A stretch of 46,245 nucleotides of DNA from Chiloscyllium plagiosum (lineage: Eukaryota): contig NC_057711.1 of assembly GCF_004010195.1 (NCBI RefSeq), positions 75,318,722 through 75,364,966 on the forward strand. The letters run 5' to 3'. Shown in pieces: positions 13,369 through 27,150 of the stretch; positions within the stretch are counted from its first letter, which is position 1; every line of letters begins with the position of its first letter. The position numbers were made by a program, and so were the translations under genes. The notes below the pieces were generated by a model that was not told where the DNA came from, ran no database searches, and saw only the letters and a list, made by a program, of their open reading frames with translations.

Positions 13369-14446
13369 GTTGAAAAAAATCTATCCATCTTTTATGCACA
13401 TTCAATTTTTAATAATCCTGAAGGACTACTTTACCTTTCTGCAGAGTTTTGTTGGTTCATGCATTTGTCATGTGCCTAAGGTCCATGAATCCTGATATCA
13501 AAACCTAGATGACAAAAACCAATTCTGTTTGAAGGCAACCATAGTTTTACATCTTCTGCTAATTCTCTAAACCATGATTTTTGGTTCCTGCCCCCACCAC
13601 CCATCCCTGGCAAAATGGTAGGTTCAGGGTGGGGTTTCCAATTTCTGGGCTCTGGCGATACTTTGCCTAAGGTGCTGAATTTTTCCTACTTCACACAAAT
13701 TCAGGACAAAGCATCTGCAAGAGAGTATAGATCATATAATGACAGGGGGGAAAAAAAAACATTGTCAATGTAATGTGGAAAAAAGTGTCATGGATAGAAT
13801 GTATGTGCTGTCCTTCTGCTGGCAATCAGGATGCTTTGTATGAAAAGAAGCATGTATTTTCTTATGCATGGATTGTGTAATTCAATTAAGTAATCCAAGC
13901 TACATGGTTTTAAGAGTTAAAAACTAATGCAGGTTATTAATTTAGGCCAAGTGTGTGAAAATAAAGAGCATACTCACTCAGACAATCGAAACCTAATACT
14001 CTATGTTCAGTACAATTCTTCCGGCTAATTAGCACATTGATCCTATCAGTATTTGTAATGAATAATCTGAAGGCCCATTGCATCATCTACCTCGCATTGC
14101 CAGCTGGAGAGCAAAATATTTCAACCCCAGACACATTTGCTAGGATAATTCCAATGAAACATCAATACAAAGGACCCCTACTAAGTTATTGCATTGCATC
14201 CATGGTTCCAGTGAATGCAAAGATATTGCAGTGGGTGAGTATGTGACCTGGACAGTTGGATATATAAAGTAATTTGCTTGTGGCTGGAAGATTCCTTGAA
14301 ATGTATGATAACCATTAGAATTTTCTCTATCATTCCATATGTCCATTTCCTGGTTAACATGCAGAATTCAGCTGTTAGCTGGACTTCTGATTAACAGATG
14401 TTTAAGCTTCTTAAATAATAAGTTACATCTATATGGCACCTTTTTA

Positions 14447-15588
14447 ATAGTGTCATAGTCATACAGCTTGAAAACAGACTCTTTGGTCTAAATAGTCCAT
14501 TCTAACCATATTCCTAAACTGAACTAGTCCCACTTGTGTTTGACCATATCCATCCAAACCTTTTCTGTCCATGTACCTGTCCAAATGCCTTTTAAATGTT
14601 GAAACTGTACCTGCATCTATCACTTCCTTTGGCAGTTCATTCCACTTTTTTTTAAAGTATAAAATTCCCTTGTGTCCATTTTTAAAACTTTCTCTTCTCA
14701 CCTTAAAGATGCTGCCTAGTTTTGAACTCTTTCTCTCTAAGGATGACCTTGCTATTCACTAACTATGCCCCTCATGATTTTATAAACCACTAAGACCCTG
14801 CAACCTCCTACGCTCCACTGAGAAACGTACCACCCTATCCAGCCTATTTTTATAATTCAAACCCTCTGTTCCCAGCAACATCCTTGTAAATCTTTTCTGA
14901 ATCCTCTCCAATTTAATAATTTCCTTCCTATAGCAGAGAAGCCAGAACTGCACATACTGAAGAGTTCTCATCAACATCCTATACAACCTCAACATAGAGT
15001 CCCAACTCCTATTCTCAAAGGTCAGAGTAGTGAAGGCAGGGGTGCTAAATCTTTCTTGGCCACCCTGTCTACATGTGACACAAATTTCAAAGATTATGTA
15101 CCAAACCCCTAGGTCACTGTTCTACAGCACTACCCAGGGCCCTACCATTAATATTGTAAGTCCTTGTTTGTATTGCCAAAATGCAATACTCCACATTTAT
15201 CCAAATTAAACTCCATCTGCCACTCCTCAGCCCATTGACCCAATTGATTGAGAAACCTTTGTAATCTTAGAGAACCTTCTTCACTGGCCACTGGACCACC
15301 GATTTTGGTGTCAGCTGCAAGCTTACTTACCGTGCCTCCTGTATTCTTATCCAAATCATTTATATAAATGACAAACAGAAGTGGAACAATACTGATCCCT
15401 GTGGAACACTGCTGGTCACAGGCCTCCTATCAGAAAAACAATCCTCCACCACCACCCTCTGTCTCCTACCGCCAAGCCAATTTTGTACGCCATTGGCAAG
15501 CTCACCCTGAATCGCATGTGATCTAATTTTGCTAATCAGTCTACCATGCGGAGCATTAGCAAAGGCTTTAACCAAAGTCCACGTAAAC
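14447..15588 (-). mobile_element. CR1 LINE, 5'-truncated RT region
   Basis: Successive minus ORFs read KAFANAPHGRLISK..VTSSVPQGSVL; SKLAADTKIGG..WQMEFNLDKCGVLHFG; LERIQKRFTRML; WNELPKEVIDAGTVSTFKRHLDRYM. Confidence 0.95.
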
Positions 15589-15679
15589 AGTCTGCCACTC
15601 TGCCTTCATGAATCTTCCAACAGAGGAAGATTCGATGTCTTGAACTGTTCCACAGAACGTGGAGAAAAATCGAATGAGC

Positions 15680-16020
15680 TGACAAAGGCTTCTCTTTTAG
15701 AGAGAACCTTAAGGGAGGAAAGATTGTAGGGCATCAGAGTTTGGGGGTTTGGAAGGAACTTCCACAATACTAGTGATCTGAAGGCATGGTCGCCAGTAGT
15801 GAGGTGGAGGGAAAGGGTTAAGACGTGAGGTTGGCAAAATGTTTGTGTTGAGGGTGAACTGCCTGGCCGATGGGGGGTGACAGAAATTGATTAATGCAAG
15901 GTTATGGATGCAAATTTAAAATTTGGAACTTTGAAAAATCAGGAGTCAATGCAAGCTGAGGAGGTTCGTGACATTGAATAAGCAGGGCTGGTACAAGACA
16001 GGATACAGACAGATGGCATC
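15680..16020 (-). mobile_element. Degraded L2-like LINE 3' fragment
   Basis: ggaaggaacttcca..gatctgaaggcatggtcgccagtagtg resembles the reverse strand of L2-type 3' ends. Recognition only. Confidence 0.4.
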
Positions 16021-17112
16021 AGACCTTTTAGAAATATGCAGCCTTTGTGTAATGTGAAGAAAAATATTGTGGTAAAGAATTGCAGTTGGAAAATAGTTTC
16101 AAAAAATGGTATCAGATTGAGTTGGAGAAAACATCTGCTTAGACCTAATACTCTGAAAGAAATGTGTCTCCGCTTTCTGCCTATGAAATCAGTAACTAGC
16201 TAACATCAACAGGTTTATGGGGAAGCAGCAGATGCTATTGACAGTACCACAGACTTTTTCAGCAGTTTGACATGACCAATTACACTGAGCACTAAAACTG
16301 CTGTAAATGACTTCTAGAAGTTCAGTATAATAATAAAAATTCAGATACTCTGCTCACTAATGATTAACACTCAGCAGTTACCCTGTGTTATAAGATGGAC
16401 CTGGAAGAGTAGAAATAGCTGTTAAATTTAAAATTTATTGAATAATTTGACGTTGAAGTATGAATTATTTTGTTTCAAGTTGACTGTATTCTTGGGACTT
16501 GAGTTTGTCCAGAATTTTCAGAGTGTATTTGATTGAAAACAAACCTCCAGGAGGTCAAAAAATCACATTTTAAAAGAAAAGATTTGAATTCTCCACACAC
16601 ACAGTAAGTTGGAACAAAATACTCGGTGCTGTTAATTATGTTACTTTCTGCTGTAGCAGGGAAGTGATCTTTCCTTCCATGAAGTAAAATAAAATGCAGA
16701 AGAAAGTTGCTGTGTTTTTGAGAAGTCGTGGATGTTCACCCGAACAAAATTTTTATTATGTCATTATGGAATTGTATATTATTGGAGTGCTTCAAATGGA
16801 GCACTCCTAGGATTTCCAATGGAATGCTGCTGCCTCTGGGCTCCATTCCTTTATCATCACATGAAAAATTGGAAGAGATTAATGCATGACTTTTTGTACT
16901 GGCCATTTTGAGAAACTGCAGAAATGGAATGAGAGTATTTTAACTGTGTAGCACACAGAATGAGGAGCTAAGCTTGTTGCTAACATTACTGAGACAATTT
17001 TTTCCGATTGTTTTCAAAGTTGGAGAATTCATTGGTTCCACAATTGGTAATTAGTTTGCTATACCTGAGGGGAAATTTTAAGAAAAATACTTGCATTTAC
17101 ATAATACCAATA

Positions 17113-17203
17113 CAGAAATTTCTGGAGAATCTCAGCAACTCTGGCAGCATTTGTGGAGAGAAAGCAGAGTTAACATTTTGAGTCCAGTGACCCTTCTTCA
17201 GAA
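17113..17203 (-). mobile_element. Penelope-like pLTR fragment with decayed hammerhead (CUGAAGA variant)
   Basis: Minus strand 17203-17168 reads tt-CTGAAGA-a-gggtc/actg/gactc-AAAA-t-GTT-aact. Homologous to 4321-4399. Confidence 0.7.
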
Positions 17204-17247
17204 GCACACCATTCATTTTCAGCATCCATGGTATTTTATTTTATTTT

Positions 17248-17405
17248 GTGCATTTATGTAGTGCCTTTTATGACCTCCAGATACACAAAAGCTTTTTACG
17301 TTCAATAATGTTCATTTGTGTAATCCCCATTGTAGTATTGAACACCAGGACAATTGATTTGCAATCAGCATGCTCCCATAAACAAATATGAAATGATTGG
17401 ATAGG
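17248..17405 (-). mobile_element. Degraded ancient SINE 3' part (DeuSINE/SacSINE-like)
   Basis: tgcatttatgtagtgcctttt..gacctc..aaagct tail, followed by ..cagcatgctcccataaaca. Recognition only. Confidence 0.4.
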
Positions 17406-17894
17406 ATAAGCAATGCTTTTTCAATCCACACTGCAGCACAGACTTTTTATTTTCACCCAAGCCCTAAATTGGAACTTGGAGTCTGCAGACTTTCACACTC
17501 ATCCTGGCTCCATGGATCTTTAAAAATGGTGAGCAAAATCCATATGTCTCCATTTCTGAAAATTTCAACTCGCATTGGTGGTGAAACATACAAGACTAAA
17601 ACCCAAACTCAACAACAACTGCATTTGAGCTTTGTGCTAAGTTCAAATAAATCTCAATTTTTAGCTTGACTAAGGGCTTTAACTCCACACTGGAGTCAAA
17701 ATTGTTCGAGTTGACATAAATTGACTTGAAAGCCAGATATGATCTCTTTCATTATAATGATCTGAAGATTTTTGTAAATTTCTTGCTCTTTAAAATTCTC
17801 AACTGCCAGTGAGAAGTGTGAAACATTTGTTTCTGGAACTGCTTTGAGTCATGGGCCATGCGATGTAGGTTTTTTTTAAAAATGTTTGTTTATT

Positions 17895-18345
17895 TAGGCC
17901 ACATTTGGAGTGCTGTGTGCAGTGCTGGTCACCACACTATGAAGAGAAACTAGGTAGGGTCATTCTTGTTAAAGCTGAGAAGGTTGCGGAGTGACCTGTT
18001 TGCAATGTGCAGTGTTCTGAGGGCATATACAAGTGGATAGGGATAAACGTTTCCCACAGGTCAACAACAAGGGGCATCAATTTAAGATAATAAGAGGTTT
18101 CGAAGGGATTTAAGATTTTTTTTTTCACTCAGGGGATGGTGGGAATCAGGAACTCACTGCCTAAAAGTGTGGTAGAGTCAGGCACCACCACAATACTTAA
18201 GTGCTATAAAGAGCAATACTTGAAACCCCTTAGCATGCAAATCTATGGGCCGCATGTTAGAAAATGGGAGAGGATAGGTGCTTGATAGTCAGCCCAGAAA
18301 TAATGGGTCAAAGTGCCACATTTCATGTTATAAAACTCTGACTCT
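17895..18345 (+). mobile_element. Degraded CR1 3' fragment
   Basis: RPHLECCVQCWSPHYE at 17896-17945; acaaggggcatcaatttaag; ttcactcagggg..ggaactcactgcct. Confidence 0.85.
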
Positions 18346-20117
18346 ACCACCTTCATCTGATTTTTTTTTTTCGTTTTGAACTGACGTTTCCCTTTTGCTA
18401 TTATTATGTCTCACTGAATGCTTGTCTGATTTTAAGTTAATTGTCTCAGCACAGTATTCTGAATTTGCAGTTTGGCATTTTAAAAAGGCTAAGGAATTCT
18501 CCATCTTTGTGGGATCTAAATAGCAGTTTGTGTATTCTTTTAATATAAGATTGAAGACTTCATGAAAATCTTTTAAATTTCTTGTTTTCCATTAACCTTT
18601 AGATTGTTACACTATTAATTGTGTGTATGTGAGGCATGTATTAGAATAACTTTTTTCATTTCCTTATCTTCTGAGATTTGGTAATGTTGACTGTGAATGA
18701 GTGGTTATGGAAATGGTACAAGGACATGAGTTGGCATTGAGGAGCCATGAGAGGTAACTTGCAATGGCCCTAAACACAATCATTTTAGCCTGTAGCAAAC
18801 CATCTGTAGCAAATGCCAATTTGCAACCCAAATTTCTTATGCTTCCATACTCGTTGAAAGTCTTTATTAATGACTCAGAAGTAAAAGATATATTGGAGTC
18901 TTTTCAAAAGGAAATGACTCTAACATCTGTGACAGGGAACAAATAAAACCAAGATTAGAGTAAAAGAGAAAAGACACATAAAATGAAATTAATGGGATGT
19001 TTTGAGTCTAAAATTTATTGTTGAGGGTTTTGAGGTAAGCATTATACAATATTACCTTGATACTGGTTCAGAAAGACTCCCATTGACTTATGGAAGATTA
19101 AAGTAATCAATGTAAATTTATGAATTAGTTTATTTAGGTACATAGAGTAAATACAAACCTAGCTTTCTTTTTGTTTCTATGAAATCCCAAAAACGTCAGT
19201 TTACACACTCAAGATTACACTCACCCATACAGCAGTTTTGGGTTTAGCTTAGTTAACATTTGTGAGCTTCCCGTTTTAGGAATCCCAGCTATTGGGATGT
19301 TATATCTTATGGATGTGAAAGTTTGCATGATTGTGCAGGATTTGAAGGCATAAAGCTGTTTAAAGGGAGCATAAACACCAGAATAAAGTTTGCTCACTTG
19401 AAGAATAACTGGTCTGCAAGGGTTAAAAACAGGCCTCCAGCCAAGAATCAGATGAAGGCTGAGAACTTCTTTGGCATAACTTCAGGCAGAGGAAGGAGAC
19501 ATTGTTTTGTTGAAAGTAATAAGGAACTGTGGCAAGCAATGTATTCCGTGCCAACTCTGCCACCCGTGCATTGCAACTCAACCACCCCATGCATTGCAAT
19601 TCCATCCTAAAACAAATTGAATCTTTTTGCAGATAAAGTAAGATAAACCTTTAAGATTGCAGTCTATCAAGCATTTTAACATTCATTTATACTCTGTTAA
19701 AATGCGTAGTCATCACCTAGTTTATCTTTTATAACTTTATATTCTCTAGACTGACCTAACAACTTAATTTTTGCATTTGTTCGTCGACTAAACATCTCTC
19801 TCAGAATTGCAGTTCTTGATAAAGGCACCCATCAATCTCTTCCATGAAAGGTTATATGCTAAAAAGTGATGTTAGTCTTGTCAGCTTCAAATTGTGTTGG
19901 GGGATGCTCATGAATCCTGGAGTTAAAATCTCCTGGGTCTTGCACTTAGCTGCCCACTTCAATCCCTTTTACTTAATTGCTTTTCAGATTTAATACAAAG
20001 CTCTCAATTTGCCTTTTTCAATTTAACAATGCCTTGTAATATTTTAGTGTGAAAAATGAGTTTACACTCCTAACATTACTCTTTCACATATCTGGAGGTA
20101 CTTTTCTGTTCCCAGAA

Positions 20118-20487
20118 GTCAGTGTCACAGATGTACAGCATGGAAACAAACCCTTCAGTCCAACTCATCCATGCTGATCCGATATCCCAACCTAATCTAG
20201 TCCCACCTACCACCACCTGGCCCATATCCTTCCAAACCCCTCCTATCCATATTCCCACCCAGATGCCTTTTAAATGTTGCAATTGTACTAGCCTCCACAA
20301 CTTCCTCTGGCAGCTCATTCCATACGTGTACCACTGTCTGTGTGAAAAAGTTTCTCCTTAGGTCTCTTTTATATATCTTTCCCCTCTCACCCTAAATCTA
20401 TGCCCTCTAGTTCTGGACTCCCCCAGCCCAGGGAAAAGGCTGTCTATTTATCCTTTCTATGCCCCTCATGATTTTATAAACCTCTAT
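20118..20487 (-). mobile_element. CR1 LINE 3' fragment
   Basis: Homologous to 14450-14790 (cagcatggaaacaaacccttcagtcc..aaatgtt..ggcagctcattcca..tatgcccctcatgattttataaacc). Confidence 0.9.
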
Positions 20488-22082
20488 GTGATGAGCTTGA
20501 TGCTAGGACTAAACCTAAACTTTCTCATTTCAGCAGAATTCCAACCTGGACAGGAAAGCTGATTGTCAGCATTTCCACACTGGCACTAATTCGGGTCCTT
20601 AGTTGGCCAACTGAAGGCCTCTGCTTGCCACTGCCGTTTTTATCACCACTGTGGAAATGATGTGCAGTGTGATGTTTGTGATAACTGCTATCCTGCAGAC
20701 AGTCTGGCACCTGGTTTTCGGGAGGGGGGGCAGGGACTTTCTTTGATTTTAAAGGCAGTCTGTGTCGAGCCAACGGATTTGACATTGGGCAGAAAGGCGT
20801 CCACAAGGAACGTGAGTCCAGGCTCAAGAATCCCAGACAGCCCTCCACATCATTTTAACTTCTTTTTTCCTGAATCTTGCATTATCCTGGGACCTTTCAC
20901 AAGCAGCTATGGGCTATTCCCTGGCAACTGCTGAATGTAGGAGCTGCCTGATTGATCAGCAGCTTTTGTTTGGTGGGATCTCCATCCCCCAGCCCTTCAC
21001 TGAGTCTTGATTTTGGATGTTGAAGATGCCGCACAGGGCTGTTATCCACTCCCCAGCAGGCAGGGAAGACCTCTTATCTCCACTTTGAATATTCATCCAA
21101 TGGAGAGTACACTGGATGACGCACAAGTGAGCAGAAAGAGTTTGGACAGACTATTAACATGTGGAATCCGACTCTGCTGAAAGCTTTGGACAAAGGTCCC
21201 TCCACTGAAATGTTTGAGGATCTGATCTCATAGGTTCTGCTTAAAACCAGAATATTTGATGTATTGCCAGAAAATTTAAAATACATATTGAGGCATTGGG
21301 AACTGTTTAGGATAACTTACCACAGGTAGCAAGAGTCTATAACAGCAGTATAATAACTTTTACAGCAGCTCAATCTATCATAGTGTGACAGCTTCAGGCA
21401 GATTTGCAGCAGAGACTCTGTTCAAATATTCAACACTTCCTTCAATGTATGCCATAGAGGCTTGAGTCTCTAAATTTAAAGTGAATCCTCTAATGCAACA
21501 TTGAGGTAATTAGGACAAGGTTTGCAAAAGGTACCTTCAGTAGCATAAAGGATCTAATTATTATTATTATTAGTTCTAGTGTCTTCCAGATTAATGATCA
21601 ACATTATAAATAATAGCAGCACTCCATGAAGACAGATCCCAGAGACAATTCTAACCAGAGGTGGTAACACATTCAGCTACTCTCAACACTCTGCTCCAAT
21701 CCAGCAAACGTGACCAAAGGAACACAAAACCAGTGTCAGTACAGGAAATAAACCTGCAGCAAATCTGACCAATATCCTATGAAACTAATGTATTTGTATG
21801 CAACAAAATCCATGCATTCCTGTCACTCCAGTAACGTTTGGGAAAATGCTTGATTAGCTTTAAGTTCAAATGCCATATATAGACACCAAGAGACAGCACA
21901 AGATTAAGGAAAGTAGTTGAATGTCATTGGTTATAAATACAATTCTTACTGTTGTAATTACTGTGCATGCACATATTGTTCTTAGCAAGATAGCATTGAG
22001 ATAAGCGCACAAATGGTGAATTAGTGCGGGCAGGGCAAGTCCTGTAGATGATAAAATTCTTGTTGTGAAAAGGGTCAAATGT

Positions 22083-22204
22083 GAAGATGTGGAGGAGCCA
22101 GTATTGGACTAGGGTGGGCAAAGTTAAAAATCTCAACACCATCAGGTTGTAGTCCATTAGGTTTATTCCAAATAAACCCATTGGATTATAACCTGGTGTT
22201 GTGT
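22083..22204 (-). mobile_element. Short Penelope-like insertion with inverted pLTR piece
   Basis: Homologous to 39053-39206. Internal inverted repeat caacacc..caggtt..ggtttatt / aataaacc..aacctggtgttg at 22134-22201. Confidence 0.7.
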
Positions 22205-22234
22205 AACAGATGAGAAGAGTTAGTTTGGTCCACC

Positions 22235-24802
22235 AATGGTCAACCCATCCATTCCTGACTGCGCACATCAGACTGATGGTTTTTCTGTCCATCATATAGA
22301 CCGTACAGTGTCCTCTGGTAAGACAAAGGAGGGAGGGGTTTGTCTTTTAATCAACAACTTGTGATACATGGACATTGTAACCCTGGGCAGCCATTGCTCC
22401 CCAAACCTTGAATTCCTCACCATCAAATGCAGCCCCTTCTATCTACCACAGGAATTTACTGCTGCTATACTAACTGCTGTGTACATACCACCACAAGCAA
22501 AGGTTGAGGAAGCTCTGGATGTTCTGTACTCCACCACTAACACCCTGGAGACGGAACACCCCAAGGCACTGTTTATTGTTACTGGCAACTTCAATCAAGC
22601 CAATCTAAGGAAGGTGTTGCCCAAGTACCACCAGAATATTACTGGCCCCACTAGGGGCCCGAACAGTTTAGAGCACTGCTACACCACTGAAGGATGCCTA
22701 CCGCTCCATCCCCCGCCCTTATTTCAGGAACTCCGACCGCAATGCCGTGTTTCCTCTCCTGGCTTGCAGGCAAAAGCTCAAGCAGGAGACCCCCCCCCAC
22801 CCCACCTCCCTCTATACAGGTCCAGTGCTGGTTGGAGGAGGCAGAGGATCAATTCTGGTGTTGTCTGGAATCGACTGGGCCATGGTCACACAGAGTACGC
22901 CCCCACCATCACAGACTTTATCAGCAAGTGTGGGAGGACTGCAGGCCGAGGAAGTCATTCCAGGTGTTGCCCAACAGGAAACCCTGGATGAATCAGGACA
23001 CATAGAACCAGCTAAAAACCAGGCGTGAGGCCTTCTGATTAGGAGACCCATTCAAATATAAGGGCTCCTAGTATGCCCTTCGCAGAGCCATTAAGTCAGC
23101 CAAGGACCAATACTGATCCAAACTAGAGACTCCGACAGACACCAGGGGACTATGGCAAGGACTGAATGACATCACTGGTTCTAAAAACAGACAGTACAAG
23201 ACAGCAGACGATGACACATCCCTCCCAGATCACCTCAGTGCCTTCTATGCTCGCTTTGAGCAGCGTTTCGGCAGAGAGGTAACACCTATTCCGACAAGTC
23301 CTGATAAACCTGTCCCAACAGTCACTGCATCAGCGGTCAGATCAGTTTTCCTTCACGTGAATCCAAGGAAAGCAATGGGACAGGATAGAGTACCAGGCCA
23401 TGCACTCAGAGCATGTGCAGATCAACTGGCAGAGGTCATCTTGGTCATCTTCAACCTCTCCCTGCAGCAGGCCACTGTCGCTGCCTGTTTCAAGAGGGCC
23501 AACATCATAACTGTGCCTAAGAAGGTTCATGCAGCATGTCTCAAACTACCATCCAGTGGCCCTAACATTGGTCATGAAGTATTTTGAAAGGCTGGTCATG
23601 GCATTAATCAACTCCAGCCTCCATACTACTCTTGACCCACTCCAATTTGCCTATCAGACCAACAGATCCACATCAGATGCCATATCACTTGCCCTTCACT
23701 CCTCCCTAGAACATCTTGACACCAAGAACAGCTATGTAAGAATCCCACTCGTTGACTATAGTTTAGTCCTCAATAGTGTTATCCCCTGGAGACTGATTTC
23801 TAAACTTAGTGATCTCTGACTAAGCCCCACAATGCAACTGGATCCTCAGTTTCCTGACCCACAGGCCACAATCAGTGAAGATTGGGGACAATATTTCATC
23901 TTCACTAACATTCAGCACGGGAGCCCCCCCAGGGGTGCGTATTCAGCCCCCTACTGTACTCACTGTATACCCATGACTGTGTCACCAAATACCAGACTAA
24001 TGCCATTTACAAGTTCACTTATGACACCAACGTCATTGATCAAATCTGAGATGGCAACAAAACAGACAACAGACGTGAGGTGAAAGGCCTGGAAAAATGG
24101 TGCACTGAGAACAACCTAGTTTTCTGCTGGCAAAACCAAGGAAGTCATTAACTTTCAGCAGGATGTTACTCATGCCCCCCCTACACATTAACAGCACAGA
24201 GGTGGAACGAGTGGAGAGTGTCAAGCTTTCTTCCACTCTTCTTGTGGACGCATGGTTACAAAGGCCCAATAATATCTCTTCTTCCTCAGGCAGCTGAGGA
24301 AATTTGACATGACAGCAAATACCCTTGCCAACTTTTTTGGTGTGCCATCAAGAGCATTCTGTCACTACCTGGCATGGCAACTGTACCATTCAAGATCGGA
24401 GATGGTTACAGAGAGTGGTGAACTCCGCCTGGACAATCTCAAAGGCCAAGCTCCCTTCTACAGAATCCATCTACCAGGCCCACTGTCAAGGAAAGGCTGC
24501 CAGCATTCTCAAAGATCCATCCCACCCTGGCAATACTTTTCTGCAATGTCTACCATTGGGGAGAAGGTACAGAAGCCTGAACACATGCACCTGCCAGTTT
24601 CATAACAGTTTCTACCCTTCTGCTGTTAGAATACTGAATGGACTCACAAACTCTTAACAGTCGCCTATATCTGTTTTTGTTTTTGCCACTGTTTACCTAT
24701 TATTTACTTATCTATGCTACTTAAATGTGATCTGCCTGTTTTGCTCACAAGACAAAGCTTTTCACTGTGCCTCGGTACATGTGACAATAAATTCAATTCA
24801 AT
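22235..24802 (+). mobile_element. Rex1/Babar-clade LINE (APE endonuclease plus RT, frameshifted)
   Basis: [163 protein letters not shown]. It ends in aataa plus (attca)n at 24787-24802. Confidence 0.92.
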
Positions 24803-26138
24803 GACCTTGGTGGATGTGGTAGACCAGTGTAGGTTCCTATTAGAAAGGCAGGAAAATTAATTGCAATCAGCAATTTTGTATTATCTTCAAGCTGTTAGAC
24901 CTTCTTCTGAGATACTTGTTTCCATGCAAGCTTTCATCTCCTGCAGCCTTCATAATACTTCATATATTCCTTAATTTCCCAGACTATATTGTATAATTCC
25001 CTAAAATTGATGCCACTAGCTGAAGCCTACATTGAGCATGCCTTTAGCATATTCTATAACTATTTTAGTTAGTGATCTTTCTTTTACTACTGTGTAACTG
25101 AGGCCCTTTATAAAGTACACAAGTGTCATCAATGACGGCTGTAGAAGAACTTTGATCTCCAAAAATTCTCTTTGGTTTAGAGTGCTAACACAATGAAGAT
25201 GCTTAACATAACATAAAGAGAAGCAAATGCTCACTTGCTCTGAATGAGTGATGTCGTTATGTTGGCAGATGTGTGGGTGTTGAACGAGGATGCGCATGTG
25301 ACTCTGTGGTCACAATACATAAGTTTTTACTCTGAGGAATCCTGCTACTCCATGATTTTGCAATGTCCTGTCATGTTGCTGCTAATTGTCAACAGGGAAT
25401 CAAATGAATCTGCTAGTTCTGAAAATCAGTGCAGCCATGAGTTGCTTTCAACATCTGTGCACAGCTGTTTGTTTTGTTATGATGCCTCCAGTGACACTCT
25501 AGAATGACTCCATGTCAAAATAAATTCTTGGAAATTAAGGCCAAAGCAGACACTACTATTGCAGGTAGAAGTGCCTCCATCCATTATTTTCTTGCTTCTT
25601 ACAAGAAGCAACTGTTAAGGGCAATATCAATTTGGAATAGTCTTGCTTTAACAAACAAGAGGATAGGCTATTGATGGTCATTCAGTTATTGACACAAAGA
25701 CAGTAAGTAACAACAGCAGAAAATCCATTTATATGGAGCTGTGTGTAACTATTTCAAACTGGGCAGTTGTCCCAGCCCTATCCATTCACAAAATGGAGCA
25801 TTATGGCATCTGATTGGTCACTTGCTTCACATTAAAAATGAAGTTGGGAACCTGCTCACGTTTTAAATTCAATCAAATCTAACCATTTTCAGTATTTAAT
25901 TGTCTCTGAAATTTGTGATTAAATTTCAATGGCCTACAATTGTATAATTTGTCAGAATATTTCTAAACAGTAGGTAACAGTTTGAGGAACATTTTGAGGC
26001 AGTCGGGCTTTGCTGTTCAAGTAACCTCTCATAAATCTGTAGTCCTAAAGGCCGGTATTGAAAGGGAGAAAGCCCTTTATGGGAAGTTCTGTCGATAGTC
26101 AGCATTGCACAAACTGTTAAGTTTGTGCAGGAGATCCC

Positions 26139-27150
26139 ATGGGCATTATCCTCTTTGGAGCCTGTTCTACTGACAAGGGAATCTGGAGAGCAAGGGAGTG
26201 GAGGGAAGCTAGCCACGGCCACTATACAGCCGGTAAATGAGGCAGATAAGAAAGTTGGTGATACTGCAGGTACTGATGGCTCCCCCCACCTTTCCTCCAC
26301 CTCAAACAACTGGCCACAGACACAGACAAAAGAGCTTGCTCTGCAGTACTAGAGAACAGGCAGAGGTTCAATTCCCACAGCTGTCAGACCTCTCATTACT
26401 TTCAAGACTGCATTTATCTCCACTGACATCTTTGATATGATGACAGGGGAGATTAACTCCAACTGCCCTGAAGATACCTGAAGTCTGTCTCCGTGAGGAT
26501 TACTAGCCTGAATTCCTATGCCACGGGTTCCTTCGAAAACCTCAGTTGGGGATTTGTGCGGCATAGTTCGGTGAGGTACTACGCTGCATCGAGATACATT
26601 ATTCAGGAGAGTCAGACTAATCCAGCCAGAGGCTTTGGTGCCCCAGTTGCTTTTCCAAGGGTCCGGGAGATCCTCTAATTCGCACGTGATGTTAAAGCAC
26701 TCCAGATGTTCATAATCTTTTAAAAGATCAGCTGGTGTGTGACCACCAGCAAAGAACTCTGTAGGTCTGTCTGTCTGTGCTACTCTGGGAGTAGTCATGA
26801 CTCTTCCATCCTGAGACCCTCCCAGGTGCAAAAGCATTTTACCTTCCACCACAATTGCTGATGGATTCTAGTCAATTAAAGCCAGGAGATAGTTCCTGAT
26901 CCTGGTGAGGAAACCATGAACACAGATCATTCGTTGCTGAAAACTCGATTCCATTATCTGTACAGGGTCTGTGGCACATTATAGTGAAGTGCTGTCTTCT
27001 CCACAACCTGATGTGCAGAGACACTGCCAAGGATGCTTTAGGAGAATGCCTGTATATTCAGTCGGGGACACAGGTACAAGATGATGCATTTTCAGGCAGG
27101 ACCTGCTTTCCAGGAACCTACAGAGAACTAGGGATGTGATGGTCATAAAG
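26139..27150 (+). pseudogene. Degenerate PIF/Harbinger (HARBI1-like) DDE transposase
   Basis: Ordered motifs across frameshifts: LSRLHLS; LNSYATGSF; SVGDLCGI; ARGFGAPVAFPRV; NSHV (for DCTHV); QLVCDHQQR; SGSSHDSSILR; WIL; LLKTRFHYL; CCLLHNL. Catalytic motifs are decayed. Confidence 0.88.

Noticed and set aside
22229..24814. Apparent 13-bp inverted match flanking the Rex1/Babar LINE (tccaccaatggtca versus tgaccttggtgga)
   Set aside because: The left copy overlaps the LINE's own endonuclease coding sequence. The match is short, imperfect and likely coincidental.
26349..26852. 167-aa minus-strand ORF
   Set aside because: It is the antisense shadow of the decayed Harbinger transposase.
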